Positions 1-10,743 of a stretch of DNA of 64,000 bases are shown here, piece after piece (position 1 is the first letter of the stretch; each line of letters opens with the position of its first letter). The position numbers were made by a program, and so were the translations under genes. The notes beneath the pieces are model-generated. The model saw nothing but the letters and a program-made list of their open reading frames with translations, was not told the origin of the DNA and made no database searches. Origin of the DNA: Syntrophales bacterium. GTDB taxonomy: Bacteria > Desulfobacterota > Syntrophia > Syntrophales > UBA5619. Location of the stretch: the NCBI GenBank assembly GCA_040765725.1, contig JAXGRQ010000003.1:81363-145362 (forward strand). Reading direction: 5' to 3'.

Positions 1-203
1 TTGATACGGGAATAGACCTTTGAACCGCCGGTCCCGGCATATTTCAGGTTTTCGCGGACGCACTCCCGGGCCCTCGCCTTTTCGGCGGGGGGAACCGAGT
101 CCTCCAAGTCCAAGGTAATGATGTCCGCCGGAAATTCGGGCGCCTTGCCGACCATCTTTTCGTTGTTCCCCGGCACATAAAATACGGATCTCATGACTGT
201 CAT
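1..203 (-). CDS. HpcH/HpaI aldolase / citrate lyase beta (CitE)-like acyl-CoA lyase, N-terminal part only (gene runs off the window start)
   Basis: Reverse translation from ATG at 203 gives MTVMRSVFYVPGNNEKMVGKAPEFPADIITLDLEDSVPPAEKARA. The VPGNN...DxxxLDLEDSV start is typical of CitE/malyl-CoA/citryl-CoA lyases. It lies about 70 nt downstream of the SucD-like gene on the same strand. Confidence 0.7.
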   Translation of the reverse strand, partial: MTVMRSVFYVPGNNEKMVGKAPEFPADIITLDLEDSVPPAEKARARECVRENLKYAGTGGSKVYSRI

Positions 204-270
204 AATTCTTTTTCTCCTTTCAAATTTGGGACGGACTGAAATCCATCCCTTGTATAGTATCATTTCACCC

Positions 271-1185
271 TTATTTCACCCTTAGTTTTCCCTGCTTCTT
301 AAATTCCCTGAGTTTTTCCGGAATTTCGTTGGGGCTGTCCACTACAATGATGCCTGCGTCCCTCAGGCGGGTAATCTTGTCCTGCGTGGAGCCGCTTCCG
401 CGTTCGACGATCGCGCTGGCATGCGAGAACTTCATCCCCGCGGGCGCCCATGCGCCGGACACATAAATGATGATCGGTTTGGTAAACTGGCCGGACTTCA
501 CCAGTTGCGCGGCCTCTTCTTCGTGCGAACCGCCCATCTCGCCGAAGATCGCCATCACGTCCGTATCGGGATCTTCCTGAAACATCGGGAGGACGTCCGA
601 AAAGGACATGCCGGTGACCGGCTCCGTCCCGACGTGCAGGACGGTGCTGATGCCGAAACCCGCCTGCGCGATCACATAGGGAAGCGTGCCCGACTGACCG
701 CCGCTGCGGGAGATGACGCCGACATGACCGGGAACGAAATGCTTGTTGGCGAATTCGACCGACCCGCCCAACCATCCCAGCGCGCCGATCCCCGGGGTAT
801 TGACCCCGATGGAGCCCGGTCCCAGGAGCTTGGCGCCCTTCATCTTGCCGTAGGCGACCATCTCGAGGATATCATACAGCGGAACTCGTTCCACCGGCAT
901 CACGATCCACTTGATGTCCGAATCCAACGCCTCCAGCACGGCGTCTTTCAGGGCCGTTCCGGGAATGAAGGTCACGGAAACATCAAAGAGCCCATGGTTT
1001 TTCACCGCATCCTTCACCGTGTTGTATACCGGGATTCCATCCACCTCTTCTCCGCCGCGCCCCGGCGTGACACCGGCGACCACATTGGTTCCGAGGCGCC
1101 GCATGAACTTGGCCCGCATGGACCCTTCCCTACCCGTGATCCCCTGGACCACGACTTTCGTTGATTTTGTCAACAGGATAGCCAT
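271..1185 (-). CDS. Succinyl-CoA synthetase alpha-subunit-like protein (CoA-binding subunit of an ADP-forming acyl-CoA synthetase; substrate not assignable)
   Basis: 304-aa ORF with VVVQGITGREGS near the N-terminus, SRSGGQSGTL, and FSHASAIV resembling the phosphohistidine loop (GHAGA) of the SucD/CcsB/MtkB family. Confidence 0.85.
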   Translation of the reverse strand: MAILLTKSTKVVVQGITGREGSMRAKFMRRLGTNVVAGVTPGRGGEEVDGIPVYNTVKDAVKNHGLFDVSVTFIPGTALKDAVLEALDSDIKWIVMPVERVPLYDILEMVAYGKMKGAKLLGPGSIGVNTPGIGALGWLGGSVEFANKHFVPGHVGVISRSGGQSGTLPYVIAQAGFGISTVLHVGTEPVTGMSFSDVLPMFQEDPDTDVMAIFGEMGGSHEEEAAQLVKSGQFTKPIIIYVSGAWAPAGMKFSHASAIVERGSGSTQDKITRLRDAGIIVVDSPNEIPEKLREFKKQGKLRVK

Positions 1186-1205
1186 ATTTTCACCACCTTT
1201 TCTGG

Positions 1206-1481
1206 TTAGGATATTCCGTGCTTCTTGCGGTACTCATCCAGCCCCGGGATAGGCGCCTCGATCTTGATGGCTCCTTTCCCCCTGAACCAGCACTCATATT
1301 CACAGGCCAGGCATTCCGTCCCCAGCCGCTTGGGATCTCCTTCCACCACGGGCTTGCCGTCCTTCAGGACCAAGATCCCCCGGGCGTAGGTCTTGCAGGC
1401 CGCGATGCAGGCCTTGGATTCGCATGTCTTGCATTTCTCGTCATCGATGATGACCTTGATCGTCTGTTCCTGAAACTCCAT
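1206..1481 (-). CDS. Small Cys-rich ferredoxin-like protein (putative Fe-S)
   Basis: 91-aa ORF wedged between the two synthetase subunits, with gaps of 12 and 20 nt. Cys clusters are CKTCESKACIAAC (Cx2Cx4Cx3C) and CLACEYEC (Cx2Cx3C). Confidence 0.6.
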   Translation of the reverse strand: MEFQEQTIKVIIDDEKCKTCESKACIAACKTYARGILVLKDGKPVVEGDPKRLGTECLACEYECWFRGKGAIKIEAPIPGLDEYRKKHGIS

Positions 1482-1493
1482 GGGTGGCCTCCT

Positions 1494-2747
1494 TTACCCT
1501 TTTCTTTCCTTCTTGTATTCGAGCACCATCTCCTTCATCTCCGCGGCAAGGCCCACCGTATCGTACACGCGGTCTCCTCCGTAGATCCGGATCCGGGCAT
1601 TGAGATCCTTCGTCCCCTCCCGGAGGATCTCCAGGGACTCCTTTTCCTTGTTGCCGGCAATGAGCAACAGGACGGGGAATCCGGGTCGCTTCGGAAGCTC
1701 TTCCCGCAGGGCCTTGACAACACCGTGCGCGTGGTGCCACTGCTCCTGGTTGGCCGCCATGAAGCCGCCCAACATGTAGCCGTCGATCCCGGGCTGCGAG
1801 AAGACAAGCTTCGCCGCGCGATACACCTTGGAAGCGGGCGGATTGCCGCTCGTATCGGCAAAATCCGGCACCCTCAGCCCTTGCTTGTTGAGACCGTCGA
1901 CGCCGAGCATCGCCCCTCCGCCGCCCATGCCGTGATAACCGATCGTCCCGAAACATTCGCCCTGGATCTGGTTGTTCATCTCGGCAAAATAGCAGGTGCC
2001 GCGCAGGTCCTTCTCCTCCACCCACCAGGCGATCTTGTCCAGCTCCGTGGGGGGCGTTCCCGACTCACGGGCCACTTCGATCCCGAGCTCCGGATGACGG
2101 ATGGCTGACGAGTCGTCGATGGAGATCCGGCAGTCGCTGGCCAGGACTTTCCCATCCTTCGTGACGACCATCGGGTTGATTTCAATCAGACGGGCACCGT
2201 AATTCCTGAAGGTGTCGTAGAGGCCGACCATCAGGCGGGCCACCTGGGCGATGTGCTTGCTGGGCACCTTCACCTGGTTCGCCAGGTTGAGGGCATCGTA
2301 GATCCTGAAGCCGCGTATCACATCAACATTCATCATCGCAATCTTCTCGGCGGGGACCGATTCGATGTCCATGCCGCCCTCCGTCGAGAACATCACGACC
2401 GGACAGCGCGCGTCAGCCTTTGCATTGACGATGATCCCGGCGTAGTATTCACGGTCGATGTCCAGCTTTTCCTCGACAAGCACCTTCTCCACCAGGTAGC
2501 CCTTGATCGTCGCGCCAAGCAGTTGGCCCGCCATTTTAACCGCCTCCGCCGGTGTATCGGCAAATTTGACGCCGCCCGCCTTTCCGCGGCCTCCGGACCA
2601 TATCTGAACCTTGATTACGACGGGTTTCCCGATTTTCTCCGCAATCTTTCCGGCTTCCGCCGGCGTTTCGGCGACATCCCCCTGGGGAATCGGCATTTTG
2701 GCGATCTTAAACAATGCCTTCCCCTCATGCTCATTCAATCGAGCCAT
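1494..2747 (-). CDS. Succinyl-CoA synthetase beta-subunit-like ATP-grasp protein (ADP-forming acyl-CoA synthetase, large subunit)
   Basis: 417-aa ORF. The N-terminus MARLNEHEGKALFKIAKMPIPQG and KPVVIKVQIWSGGRGKAGGVKF match the SucC/CcsA/MtkA ATP-grasp pattern. It is first in a co-directional cluster with the SucD-like and CitE-like genes. Confidence 0.85.
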   Translation of the reverse strand: MARLNEHEGKALFKIAKMPIPQGDVAETPAEAGKIAEKIGKPVVIKVQIWSGGRGKAGGVKFADTPAEAVKMAGQLLGATIKGYLVEKVLVEEKLDIDREYYAGIIVNAKADARCPVVMFSTEGGMDIESVPAEKIAMMNVDVIRGFRIYDALNLANQVKVPSKHIAQVARLMVGLYDTFRNYGARLIEINPMVVTKDGKVLASDCRISIDDSSAIRHPELGIEVARESGTPPTELDKIAWWVEEKDLRGTCYFAEMNNQIQGECFGTIGYHGMGGGGAMLGVDGLNKQGLRVPDFADTSGNPPASKVYRAAKLVFSQPGIDGYMLGGFMAANQEQWHHAHGVVKALREELPKRPGFPVLLLIAGNKEKESLEILREGTKDLNARIRIYGGDRVYDTVGLAAEMKEMVLEYKKERKG

Positions 2748-2908
2748 ACCTACCTCCTAAAGACATCCTTGATTTCGTTTTCCTTCCGGGTTTTCACTCC
2801 ATTTCCACGGATGATGCTCTTCCATGCCCTCTATTCAAATTTTCTTCGCTCCTCCCTTAACGGAGGTGTCGGGATATTGTTTTTAACAGACCAGTCAATC
2901 GATGTCAA

Positions 2909-2932
2909 TCCAAATCGACATCCAAATCGACA
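2909..2932. repeat. Perfect 12-bp tandem direct repeat TCCAAATCGACA x2; a third AATCGA core lies at 2897-2902
   Basis: Read directly as tcaatcgatgtcaa TCCAAATCGACA TCCAAATCGACA tggg. It lies 160-190 nt upstream of the SucC-like start codon at 2747, in a 325-nt intergenic gap. Confidence 0.8.
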
Positions 2933-3072
2933 TGGGAAAATATGATCCGATGGCAATTGGGTGGGATCCCGCTAATGGGGGTTGTATGGGATTGCTGCTC
3001 GGATGATTCAGGATCTTTTACAAAAGAATTTTTCTCGACATTTCCGACTGTCTCTCCATCCCGGTCGCCGTA

Positions 3073-3705
3073 TCACGTATCGGACAGCGTGTGCCGGGAC
3101 GCCGCAAGATAACCGCGGGCCAGACCCTTGTTCACATGCACGACCCCGCGGTTCATCTCCTTCATGGGGTATTCAGATGTAATTTCGGGCAGAGCATCGG
3201 CTTCTGTCTGCGTTTTCACGACCGATCCCGCCGGGACATAGCGGAGATCCGCGACCCGAACCCCCATCAGGATCACGCCGGGCTCGATGACACAATTTTT
3301 CCCCACAACGGATTTGAAAATAAGGCTCTTCATCCCGACGAAGGTGTCATCCCGGACAACGGCAGGCCCGTGGATCTGAACCTGATGGGCCAGGGAAACC
3401 CTGTTTCCGACATAAACGGCGTATGAACGGCCATCGACCTCGCATAGGTTTTTTGTCACGGGTTGGCCGTTCATTTCGGTCTCCAGCGCGTGGATCACGA
3501 CGCCGTCCTGAACGTTCGAATCGTCGCCGACAAAAAGCGGCTGGCCCTCGTCACCGCGGATGGAAGCCGTCGGAGAAACCATGATGTTTTTTCCGAGATG
3601 TACATTGCCGATTACCGACGCCAGCGGGTGGACATAGGTTGAAGGGTCAATATCCGGCTCCGATACCCGAGCCGAAAAATCCGTCACCACATTTTTCCCG
3701 ATCAT
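3073..3705 (-). CDS. Gamma-class carbonic anhydrase / left-handed beta-helix (hexapeptide) protein
   Basis: 210-aa ORF with repeating hexapeptide-like pattern (VIGNVHLGKNIMVSP, VGDDSNVQDGVVIHA, VGNRVSLAHQVQIHG). Histidines are placed as in Cam-type gamma-CAs. Confidence 0.75.
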   Translation of the reverse strand: MIGKNVVTDFSARVSEPDIDPSTYVHPLASVIGNVHLGKNIMVSPTASIRGDEGQPLFVGDDSNVQDGVVIHALETEMNGQPVTKNLCEVDGRSYAVYVGNRVSLAHQVQIHGPAVVRDDTFVGMKSLIFKSVVGKNCVIEPGVILMGVRVADLRYVPAGSVVKTQTEADALPEITSEYPMKEMNRGVVHVNKGLARGYLAASRHTLSDT

Positions 3706-3720
3706 GGATCCATTCCCCCT

Positions 3721-4329
3721 TTATTTTTTTATTTTCCTGCGCAACTCTTTCCAGATCCGTTCGACCTCGCGCGCTGTCTCTTCGATCGATCCCTCGTTGC
3801 GGATCACCCTGTCCGCCCGGGGGATTTTCTGCGCAATCGGCATCTGCGCGGAAACCCTCCGTTCCGCCTCCTCCCGCGATAAGCCGTTTCGAGCCATCAA
3901 CCTGCGGATCTGTTCGTCCGGCGGAATGTAGATGAGAAGAACCACATCCACCATCTTCTCCAGGCCGGCTTCGATCAAAAGCGGGATGTCGGACAGCACG
4001 ACGGCATCCGGCTGTCTTCGTTCGATCTCCGTTAGCCGCTTTCGCCACTCGTCGAAAACCGCCGGGTGCACGATGTCGTTGAGGAGCCTCCTTTTTACCG
4101 GATCCCCGAAGACGATCGCCCCCAGCTTGCCGCGGTCGATCCTCCGGTCCGGAAGCAGAACCGCCTCCCCGAAGTGACGGACGATTTCCCGCCACGCCGG
4201 CTTGTCGGGCTCTTCGACTTCACGGGTCAGTTCGTCAAAGTCGATCAGAACGGCGCCCTTCTCCACGAGCATCCGTGCAACCGTCGATTTCCCGCTGGCA
4301 ATGCCGCCCGTCAACCCCACATTCAGCAT
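3721..4329 (-). CDS. coaE: Dephospho-CoA kinase
   Basis: 202-aa ORF with N-terminal P-loop MLNVGLTGGIASGKSTV and typical CoaE length. Confidence 0.9.
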   Translation of the reverse strand: MLNVGLTGGIASGKSTVARMLVEKGAVLIDFDELTREVEEPDKPAWREIVRHFGEAVLLPDRRIDRGKLGAIVFGDPVKRRLLNDIVHPAVFDEWRKRLTEIERRQPDAVVLSDIPLLIEAGLEKMVDVVLLIYIPPDEQIRRLMARNGLSREEAERRVSAQMPIAQKIPRADRVIRNEGSIEETAREVERIWKELRRKIKK

Positions 4330-4406
4330 GGCTGTTTCCCGAATTTGTCTGCGGCAACCCTTTTCCCGATCACCGTTATGCGTGGAAATGCGGATGGCCG
4401 ATCTTG

Positions 4407-5195
4407 CTACTCCCCGTCGTGTCGCGCGTTTTTCCGGTTCCGCAGATAGATGATGCGCAGTCCCTCAAGGGTCAGCATCTCGTCGACGACATCGATCTGT
4501 TTCGCCTCGCTTGCAATGAGCTTCGCCAGTCCTCCGGTTGCAACGACGAGCGGCTCGGAAGCGGTTTCAGCCTTGATCCTCCGCACGATTCCGTCGACCA
4601 GGCCCGCATAGCCGAACATAATGCCCGCCTGCATGCCGCTCACCGTGTCTTTCGTGATCACGGCATGGGGCTTGCTTAGCTCCACCCTGGGCAGCTTCGA
4701 TGCGCGTTCGAAAAGCGCCTCGCTGGAAATCATGATCCCGGGAGCAATGCACCCTCCCATATATTCCCCTTTCGAAGAGATGTAGTCGAAGGTCGTCGCT
4801 GTTCCGAAATCGACGATAATCAGATCATGCCTGTATTTTTCATAGGCGGCCACCGCATTGACGATCCGGTCCGCCCCGACCTCTTTGGGATTGTCGTAGA
4901 AGATCGGCATCCCGGTCCGGACGCCCGGTCCGACAATCAGGGGCATCGTGTCGAAATACTTCAGGCACAGCGGTTCGAGAATATTGAGCATCGGCGGCAC
5001 GACACAGGAGATGATGATGTCCTTGATCGCCTTGGAACTGATCCGGCTGTTCTTGTACAGGTTGAGGATCAGCATCCCGTATTCGTCCACGGTATGATCG
5101 ATGACCGTTCGGATCCGCCAGTCGTGAACCAGTTCCTCCCCGTCGTACAGACCGAGGACCGTGTTCGTATTTCCCACATCGATGACCAGAAGCAT
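4407..5195 (-). CDS. coaX: Type III pantothenate kinase
   Basis: 262-aa ORF with [18 protein letters not shown]-terminal ASKHA motif and [11 protein letters not shown] motif. Confidence 0.9.
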   Translation of the reverse strand: MLLVIDVGNTNTVLGLYDGEELVHDWRIRTVIDHTVDEYGMLILNLYKNSRISSKAIKDIIISCVVPPMLNILEPLCLKYFDTMPLIVGPGVRTGMPIFYDNPKEVGADRIVNAVAAYEKYRHDLIIVDFGTATTFDYISSKGEYMGGCIAPGIMISSEALFERASKLPRVELSKPHAVITKDTVSGMQAGIMFGYAGLVDGIVRRIKAETASEPLVVATGGLAKLIASEAKQIDVVDEMLTLEGLRIIYLRNRKNARHDGE

Positions 5196-5198
5196 CTC

Positions 5199-6119
5199 TC
5201 ACTCCTTCAGGATGGTCGCGTCTCCCGCCACAATGCGATGAATCTCCCCCCGCCCGTCGGCGAGAAGCAGCGCCCCGTCCCCGTCGATACCCTCCATCCT
5301 TCCTTCCCTTACCTCGTCCCGGAACAGAACCCGGACCGTTCTGCCGGCCATTGCCGATCGCGCGAGCCATCCATCCCGGATGGGCGTGAATCCTTTCTTC
5401 ATAAAGGTTTCATACCACTCTTCAAGACGCTCACAGAGCAAAACGACCATCCCCTCCCGGGAATGACCCCGACCTGTCTCCTCCCGGAGGGATGTGGCGG
5501 AATCCCGGTGACCCGGATCAAAGTCCTCCCCCCGGATGTTGACGTTCAAACCGATCCCCACGATCAGAGACGGTCCTCCGCCGTCCATGACCGCCTCTGC
5601 CAGGATACCGCAGACCTTCCGATCCCGAATCAAAACATCATTCGGCCATTTGATCGCAACGCCGTTGGGACACACCGCGGCGATTGCATCCGCAACCGCC
5701 ACTCCCGCAAGAAGCGTGATCTGTGTGAGACCCGGAGGGGCGAGTGCGGGACGGAAAATTACGGAGAGATGGAGATTGCAGCCCGGTGGCGACTGCCAGG
5801 TTCTCTGCAACCGGCCCCTTCCGGCGATTTGCCGGTCGGCAAGAACCATGGTTCCTTCAGGAGCTCCTTCCCGTGCGAGTTTCGCGGCCGCACGGTTCGT
5901 CGAATCCACCTCCGTAAGGCAGTGGAACGGAAACCCGATCTTTTTCCCGGTCATCCTCGACCGGAGGGTATCTACATCGAATTGCATTCTTATCGCAGAG
6001 GTTCCTTTCCGCCACCCCGCTTCCGCTTTCAGACGGTCATATTTGAAGATGCACTTTGGCCATATTGGATTGATGAGATTCCGCGATCGAAAGGCAAGAG
6101 GAAAGGCGGCAACATTCAT
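5199..6119 (-). CDS. birA: Biotin--[acetyl-CoA-carboxylase] ligase
   Basis: GRGRLQRTWQSPPG matches the BirA GRGRxGRxWxSPxG motif, and KWPNDVL is present. The start is uncertain; an internal ATG at 5987 (MQFDVDTL) would give a more typical length. Confidence 0.85.
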   Translation of the reverse strand: MNVAAFPLAFRSRNLINPIWPKCIFKYDRLKAEAGWRKGTSAIRMQFDVDTLRSRMTGKKIGFPFHCLTEVDSTNRAAAKLAREGAPEGTMVLADRQIAGRGRLQRTWQSPPGCNLHLSVIFRPALAPPGLTQITLLAGVAVADAIAAVCPNGVAIKWPNDVLIRDRKVCGILAEAVMDGGGPSLIVGIGLNVNIRGEDFDPGHRDSATSLREETGRGHSREGMVVLLCERLEEWYETFMKKGFTPIRDGWLARSAMAGRTVRVLFRDEVREGRMEGIDGDGALLLADGRGEIHRIVAGDATILKE

Positions 6120-6124
6120 TCAAT

Positions 6125-7009
6125 TTACGACGCGGATCTATGCCGTTCATCCCCTTTCTCCACCCTGGCCACATTGAGGGAGATGTCCGCGGCAACCACG
6201 GAATGGGTGAGGGCTCCCACCGAGATGAAATCCACGCCCGTATCCGCCACTTTCCCGACCCGCTCCAGCGTCATGTTTCCCGAGGCCTCGAGCGGGATCT
6301 TTCCGGCCACTCTTTTCACCGCTGCGTTCATCTCGGCAAGGTCCATGTTGTCCAACAGGATCGAGTCCGCGCCTGCGGCCAGCGCCTCCTCCAGATCCGC
6401 ACCGCTTTTGACCTCAACCTCAATCTTCAGCGTGTGGGGTATGCCGCTGCGAACCCGCCACACGGCCTCCCTGATGCCGCCTGCCGCCTCGATGTGGTTG
6501 TCCTTGATCAGCACACCGTCATAGAGTGCGAACCGATGGTTATACCCGCCGCCTACCCGGACGGCGTATTTATCGAGGATCCTGAGGCCAGGCGCCGTCT
6601 TTCGCGTATCGAGGATCCTCGCCTTCCTTCCCTCCACGGCCTCGACATATCTGCCGGTGAGGGTGGCAATCCCGCACATCCGCTGAAACAGGTTCAGCGC
6701 AACCCGCTCCGCGGTCAGAATCGAGGCCAGGTTCCCGGATATTTCCGCAACCACCTCCCCGGGCATCGCCTTTTCTCCATCGAGGCGAACGGATGAGAAG
6801 CTGAGTGAGGCGTCCCAGATCCGGAATACCTCGCCGAAGACGCCGCTTCCGGCGACCACCAACCCTGATTTTGCCACGGCCCTCGCGTGCCCCCGTTCAT
6901 CCCCGCGAAGGGCTGCTCCCGTCGTGATATCGCCAGCGCCTACATCCTCTGCAAGGGCCCGCCGGATCAGTTCCTCGACCACCGGGATCGACATCCGCAA
7001 CGACTGCAT
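6125..7009 (-). CDS. nadC: Nicotinate-nucleotide pyrophosphorylase (carboxylating), quinolinate phosphoribosyltransferase
   Basis: 294-aa ORF with ALAEDVGAGDITT near the N-terminus, ILDTRKTAPGLR, and MLDNM-like LLDNMDL motifs of QPRTase. Confidence 0.9.
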   Translation of the reverse strand: MQSLRMSIPVVEELIRRALAEDVGAGDITTGAALRGDERGHARAVAKSGLVVAGSGVFGEVFRIWDASLSFSSVRLDGEKAMPGEVVAEISGNLASILTAERVALNLFQRMCGIATLTGRYVEAVEGRKARILDTRKTAPGLRILDKYAVRVGGGYNHRFALYDGVLIKDNHIEAAGGIREAVWRVRSGIPHTLKIEVEVKSGADLEEALAAGADSILLDNMDLAEMNAAVKRVAGKIPLEASGNMTLERVGKVADTGVDFISVGALTHSVVAADISLNVARVEKGDERHRSAS

Positions 7010-7062
7010 GGATTCCTCTCCGGGATTCTGTTTATGGCTGAAACAGCCCTAATTATCCTGTG

Positions 7063-9714
<2,652 letters not shown>

Positions 9715-9798
9715 CCATCCTCTCCAGTCTAAAGTGAGATATTGTCGCGGCCTTTATTACGAAACAACGACAAAAAAATCAAGGATCCCTTTGAAAAT

Positions 9799-10737
9799 TC
9801 AGAACGATCGCCAAAATGCCTCGATCCGCCGGGATGCCTCTCCGAGATCCCGCGGATCGAACCAGACGATCTCCCGGTCCGCGGCAAACCAGGTCATCTG
9901 CCGTTTCGCGTAACGCCGGGTATCCTTTCGAATGTCATCCACCGTCCGCTCCAGGCTCTGCCGCCCGGCGATATGGGCCGTCATGTGCCTGTACCCGAGG
10001 GATTGCATCGGTTTGAGGGATTCCTTGTAACCCATATCGAGCAGTCTCCTCACCTCCGCTGCGAACCCATCCGCAACCATCCGTTCCGTCCGTCGGTCGA
10101 TCCGCTCGTTCAGGCGATCCCGGTCCAGACGGAGGCCGATTCGCAGCGTTTCATAGGGCGCCTCCCGGAAACGGTGGCCCTCCTGAAATTCCACGATCGA
10201 TTTCCCGGTATTCTCGATCACCTCCAGCGCGCGGATGATCCGGATGCCGTCACGGGGGTTGATCCGGTCGGCAGCCCGGGGATCCCTTGCCTTCAGCCTC
10301 TCGTACAGGTGGGCCTTCCCCCGGACCTTCATTTCCTGTTTCAATTCCCGTCTCAGCTCCTCGTCCGCCCCCGGTCCGTCGATCAGCCCCCCCAGGAGGG
10401 CCCGGATGTAGAGCCCGGTCCCGCCGACGATGAAAACCGGTTTCCCCTCACGGTGCAATGCCGAAACGACGCCGCGGGCCATCCCGATATAGCGTGCGAC
10501 GTCGAAAGGTTCATCCGGATCGGCCACATCGAGGAGGTGGTGGAAAACGCGACTCCGCTCTTCCGGCGTCGGTTTCGCCGTGCCGATATTCATGTACCTG
10601 TATACCTGCATGGAATCGGCACTGACGATTTCGCCGCCGTATCTTCCGGCCAGTTCCAGGGCCGCCTCCGTTTTTCCGACGGCAGTCGGTCCGAGAATGC
10701 AGACCACCCTCGGTTTGGGGACATCAAAACCGGCCAT
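9799..10737 (-). CDS. miaA: tRNA dimethylallyltransferase
   Basis: 312-aa ORF with P-loop ILGPTAVGKTEAAL, DSMQVYRYMNIGTAKP and typical MiaA length. Confidence 0.95.
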   Translation of the reverse strand: MAGFDVPKPRVVCILGPTAVGKTEAALELAGRYGGEIVSADSMQVYRYMNIGTAKPTPEERSRVFHHLLDVADPDEPFDVARYIGMARGVVSALHREGKPVFIVGGTGLYIRALLGGLIDGPGADEELRRELKQEMKVRGKAHLYERLKARDPRAADRINPRDGIRIIRALEVIENTGKSIVEFQEGHRFREAPYETLRIGLRLDRDRLNERIDRRTERMVADGFAAEVRRLLDMGYKESLKPMQSLGYRHMTAHIAGRQSLERTVDDIRKDTRRYAKRQMTWFAADREIVWFDPRDLGEASRRIEAFWRSF

Positions 10738-10743
10738 GCACGG

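Noticed and set aside
2909-2932. Tandem repeat considered as a minimal CRISPR or minisatellite.
   Set aside because: It has only two 12-bp units with no spacers and no cas genes. It is better explained as a regulatory direct repeat.
4827-6524. 565-aa plus-strand ORF, and similar long ORFs (7723-9699 +, 9742-11121 +, 11927-13651 +, 14545-15918 +, 46213-47538 -, 59826-61337 +).
   Set aside because: All lie antisense to strongly conserved genes (coaX/birA, valS, miaA, mutL, ispDF, ldh2, nfnB). Their translations are Arg/Pro/Gly/His-rich low-complexity strings with no motifs. This is the usual stop-codon-poor antisense frame of high-GC DNA.
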